From the NCBI GenBank assembly GCA_950097015.1, contig CATNEN010000001.1:9052001-9116000 (forward strand): a stretch of 64,000 nucleotides of DNA, in the 5' to 3' direction. Under the pieces are notes generated by a model. That model saw only the letters and a list, made by a program, of their open reading frames with translations, was not told the origin of the DNA and made no database searches. This DNA comes from Macrostomum hystrix (lineage: Eukaryota > Animalia > Platyhelminthes). This document shows, one piece after another, positions 61,752-64,000 of this stretch. The position numbers were made by a program, and so were the translations under genes. Every line of letters starts with the position of its first letter. Positions within the stretch are counted from its first letter, which is position 1.

Positions 61752-62240
61752 TTCACTGTTTATAAATATGAAAAAATATTTACTGCAGCAACCAGATTGC
61801 CTTAAGGCCTATTTCATTCTTATTATTGTGCTTTTTTACTCTAGTTTTCGAAAGCTTTAAAGTCAGCGCTTTGTTATTATACTAATAAATGATCGGCCCA
61901 AAAGACAAAATAATGAATATATTATCTTGTCTACCCTAATTGCAAGCCAATATACAAATTGGTATTTTAATTTTCTATTCGTTTTATTTTTTGAAGGTGC
62001 GTCTCATAAACGTAAAAACAAAACAAAATGTAAAAATCTGGTTTACGAAGTTTTTTGATTTGCGTGTTAAATAATTTAAGTTTTTATAATGTGTAGCACA
62101 CAACTTCTGATAACTTCTGAAAACTTGCCTTACCCTGTTTGTAATTTTGCATTTTCAAGTGACGCATATCTGCTATTAAAATATCGGCTTAGTTTCGATT
62201 ATCGCTTTATCTGCTATTACAGCGTTGCATTTAGCTAAAA

Positions 62241-62299
62241 ATGCCTCAAGGAAAAGCAAGTCCACGTAGTTCCAAATCCGGTTTCGAATCTTTGTCACA
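62241..62299 (+). CDS. Coiled-coil protein, putative exon 1
   Basis: ATG...CA|GTAAGT phase-2 donor at 62300 matches the phase of the next exon ('MPQGKASPRSSKSGFESLSQ'). Confidence 0.6.
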
Positions 62300-62753
62300 G
62301 TAAGTCTAATAGTCTTTGTCACAGTATAGCTTTGCATTCTATTTCTACATAAACGAACTATTACAATTGGTCATTTATGGTATCGTACTAATGGTAAACT
62401 AGTTGCTACTTGGCACTTGCTACACTAGTTCTAGTTGTATCTTCTAAAATTTTAGTTTGTAAGTCACTCAGTTATTACTCTGTCATTTTTAGAAAGGCAT
62501 TGAATCGAAATCTACTAAAATGTTTTTAATTTTTGACAGCATTGTTTTTATGAGCCTTTCTCAGTGTTCTCTTTATTCCTAATTCTTTATTTAAACAATA
62601 TTCTATTGATTTTACAGCTGAAAAAACACTGTCGCATATTATAGTATTTAACTGTTAAATTTTAGATAAATAACTAATAGGCTGATGTGAAAGGTTCTGT
62701 AGAATCTTTTTTTGCACCATTGCTTCATATTATAACAAAAATGATCTTCCCAG

Positions 62754-62965
62754 GCAATCCTTCGGCGAGTCGTTCTCATACACGTACAGCACCTATGGCT
62801 CCGGCTCCGAACCAGACTACATTATGCTGGAGATTCGCATCAAGCAGCAAGCCGATGACATCTCCCAGCTGCAGAAATTTAATCGAAAACTATCGGAAGA
62901 CCTTGAACTAGAACGATGTCAGGGCATGCAGCGATTAAGGAAGCTGGAATCAGCGGCTAAAGCCG
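62754..62965 (+). CDS. Coiled-coil protein, exon 2
   Basis: Acceptor ttcccAG at 62753. Frame 'QSFGESFSYTYSTYGSGSEPDYIMLEIRIKQQADDISQLQKFNRKLSEDLELERCQGMQRLRKLESAAKA'. Phase-1 donor G|GTAAAT. Confidence 0.75.
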
Positions 62966-63262
62966 GTAAATAGATCTTCCTTATTAATAGTTTTCGCTCA
63001 TGGTAGGCAGCCCTGCTAATTTCGCTGACTCTTATCCTATAGAGGCGCTTTCACAAACAATTGTGAAATTGTGAAGCTGTTTCACAAACAGCTTTCACGT
63101 TCTTACAGTGCTGTGTGAATGAACTCTATAATGTGTAAATTGCTCAGAGCTCAGGGACTTCCGTGTGCGAGTCGGAATGTAGCACTCCGTTTTCAACCCT
63201 CGTTTTCCCTAATTGTATATAATGCAGTGCAGTCAACAAGCTTTGTGTAATAATTTTTTTAG

Positions 63263-63537
63263 CCGAAAAACGAATCCAAGAGTTGTCGGTTGAGCTGGAT
63301 CGTTCTAGGGAGACACTGAAGCACTACCAGGATCTGCTAGAAGCTCAAGAGAATCAAATGCAAGAGCTGGCTGCCAGTAAGGAGGTGCAGGACGATCGCA
63401 AAAGAATCGAAGCCAGGATACAACAGCTGGAGGCTGACATCGCTCAGGGCAAGGAGGAGATGAAGAATGGAAATTATGAGAGCACTCAGCAGAGAGCGGC
63501 TATCAGGAAGGCACAGGAGGAAAAGTGCATTGCTCAG
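63263..63537 (+). CDS. Coiled-coil protein, exon 3 (gene continues beyond the window)
   Basis: Acceptor ttttttAG|CC at 63262 in phase 1. Heptad-rich 'EKRIQELSVELDRSRETLKHYQDLLEAQENQ...IEARIQQLEADIAQ'. Donor CAG|GTATTA at 63538. Confidence 0.8.
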
Positions 63538-63599
63538 GTATTATTGATTTATTTGTTTACTCCGTTTTTTCTACAACTCTTTTGAGCTTGTTGGGCTAC

Positions 63600-64000
63600 A
63601 ACTCCTCCCACAATCCCATTCTCGTAACACACACTCTTTCTGCCCACAACCCCATTTTTAACACCCTGTCTCTATGCCCACAACCCCATTTTTAACACCC
63701 TCTCTCTATGCCCACAACCCCATTTTTAACACCCTCTCTCTATGCCCACAACCCCATTCTCTCAAACCCTCTCTCAGCCACAACCCCATTCTCTCAAACC
63801 CTCTCTCTGCCACAACCCCATTTCTCAACACCCTCTCTCTGCCACAACCCCATTCTCTCAAACCCTATCTCAGCCACAACCCCATTCTCTCAAACCCTCT
63901 CTCTGCCACAACCCCATTCTCGTAACACACAATCTTTCTGCCCACAACCCCATTTTTAACACCCCTCTCTATGCCCACAACCCCATTCTCTCAAACCCTC
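63600..64000. repeat. ~34-bp minisatellite (GCCCACAACCCCATTTTTAACACCCTCTCTCTAT)n, running off the window end
   Basis: Tandem units. Confidence 0.92.

Overview
Eukaryotic (metazoan) genomic DNA with spliceosomal GT-AG introns and a very high density of unrelated minisatellite arrays (about 28 arrays, by my rough count about a third of the window). The style is consistent with a macrostomid flatworm, but that is inference. I rebuilt six protein-coding genes by hand from splice sites and reading phases: an intronless tandem-RA + PDZ scaffold (+, 1063-3267); TMEM151 (-, 4-5 exons, about 14.9 kb to 5655); peroxisomal ABC transporter ABCD3/PMP70 (-, 4 exons, 22822-18583); a secreted collagen/C1q-domain protein (+, 3 exons, 30116-40793); a Frizzled receptor (-, 3 exons, 61751-56974); and the 5' part of a coiled-coil protein gene (+, from 62241) lying head-to-head with Frizzled. 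At least two tRNA-derived SINE families are present. Best candidates for novelty: (1) an in-phase alternative terminal exon in intron 1 of the C1q gene that would replace the C1q head with an acidic stalk and a GPI-anchor-like tail; (2) inverted SINE copies bracketing a symmetrical 276-nt TMEM151 exon, the geometry that favours circRNA formation, editing or skipping; (3) a SINE subfamily carrying an internal minisatellite; (4) minisatellites whose units each carry a canonical transcription-factor motif. Nearly all long repetitive ORFs in the ORF track are artefacts of the tandem arrays.
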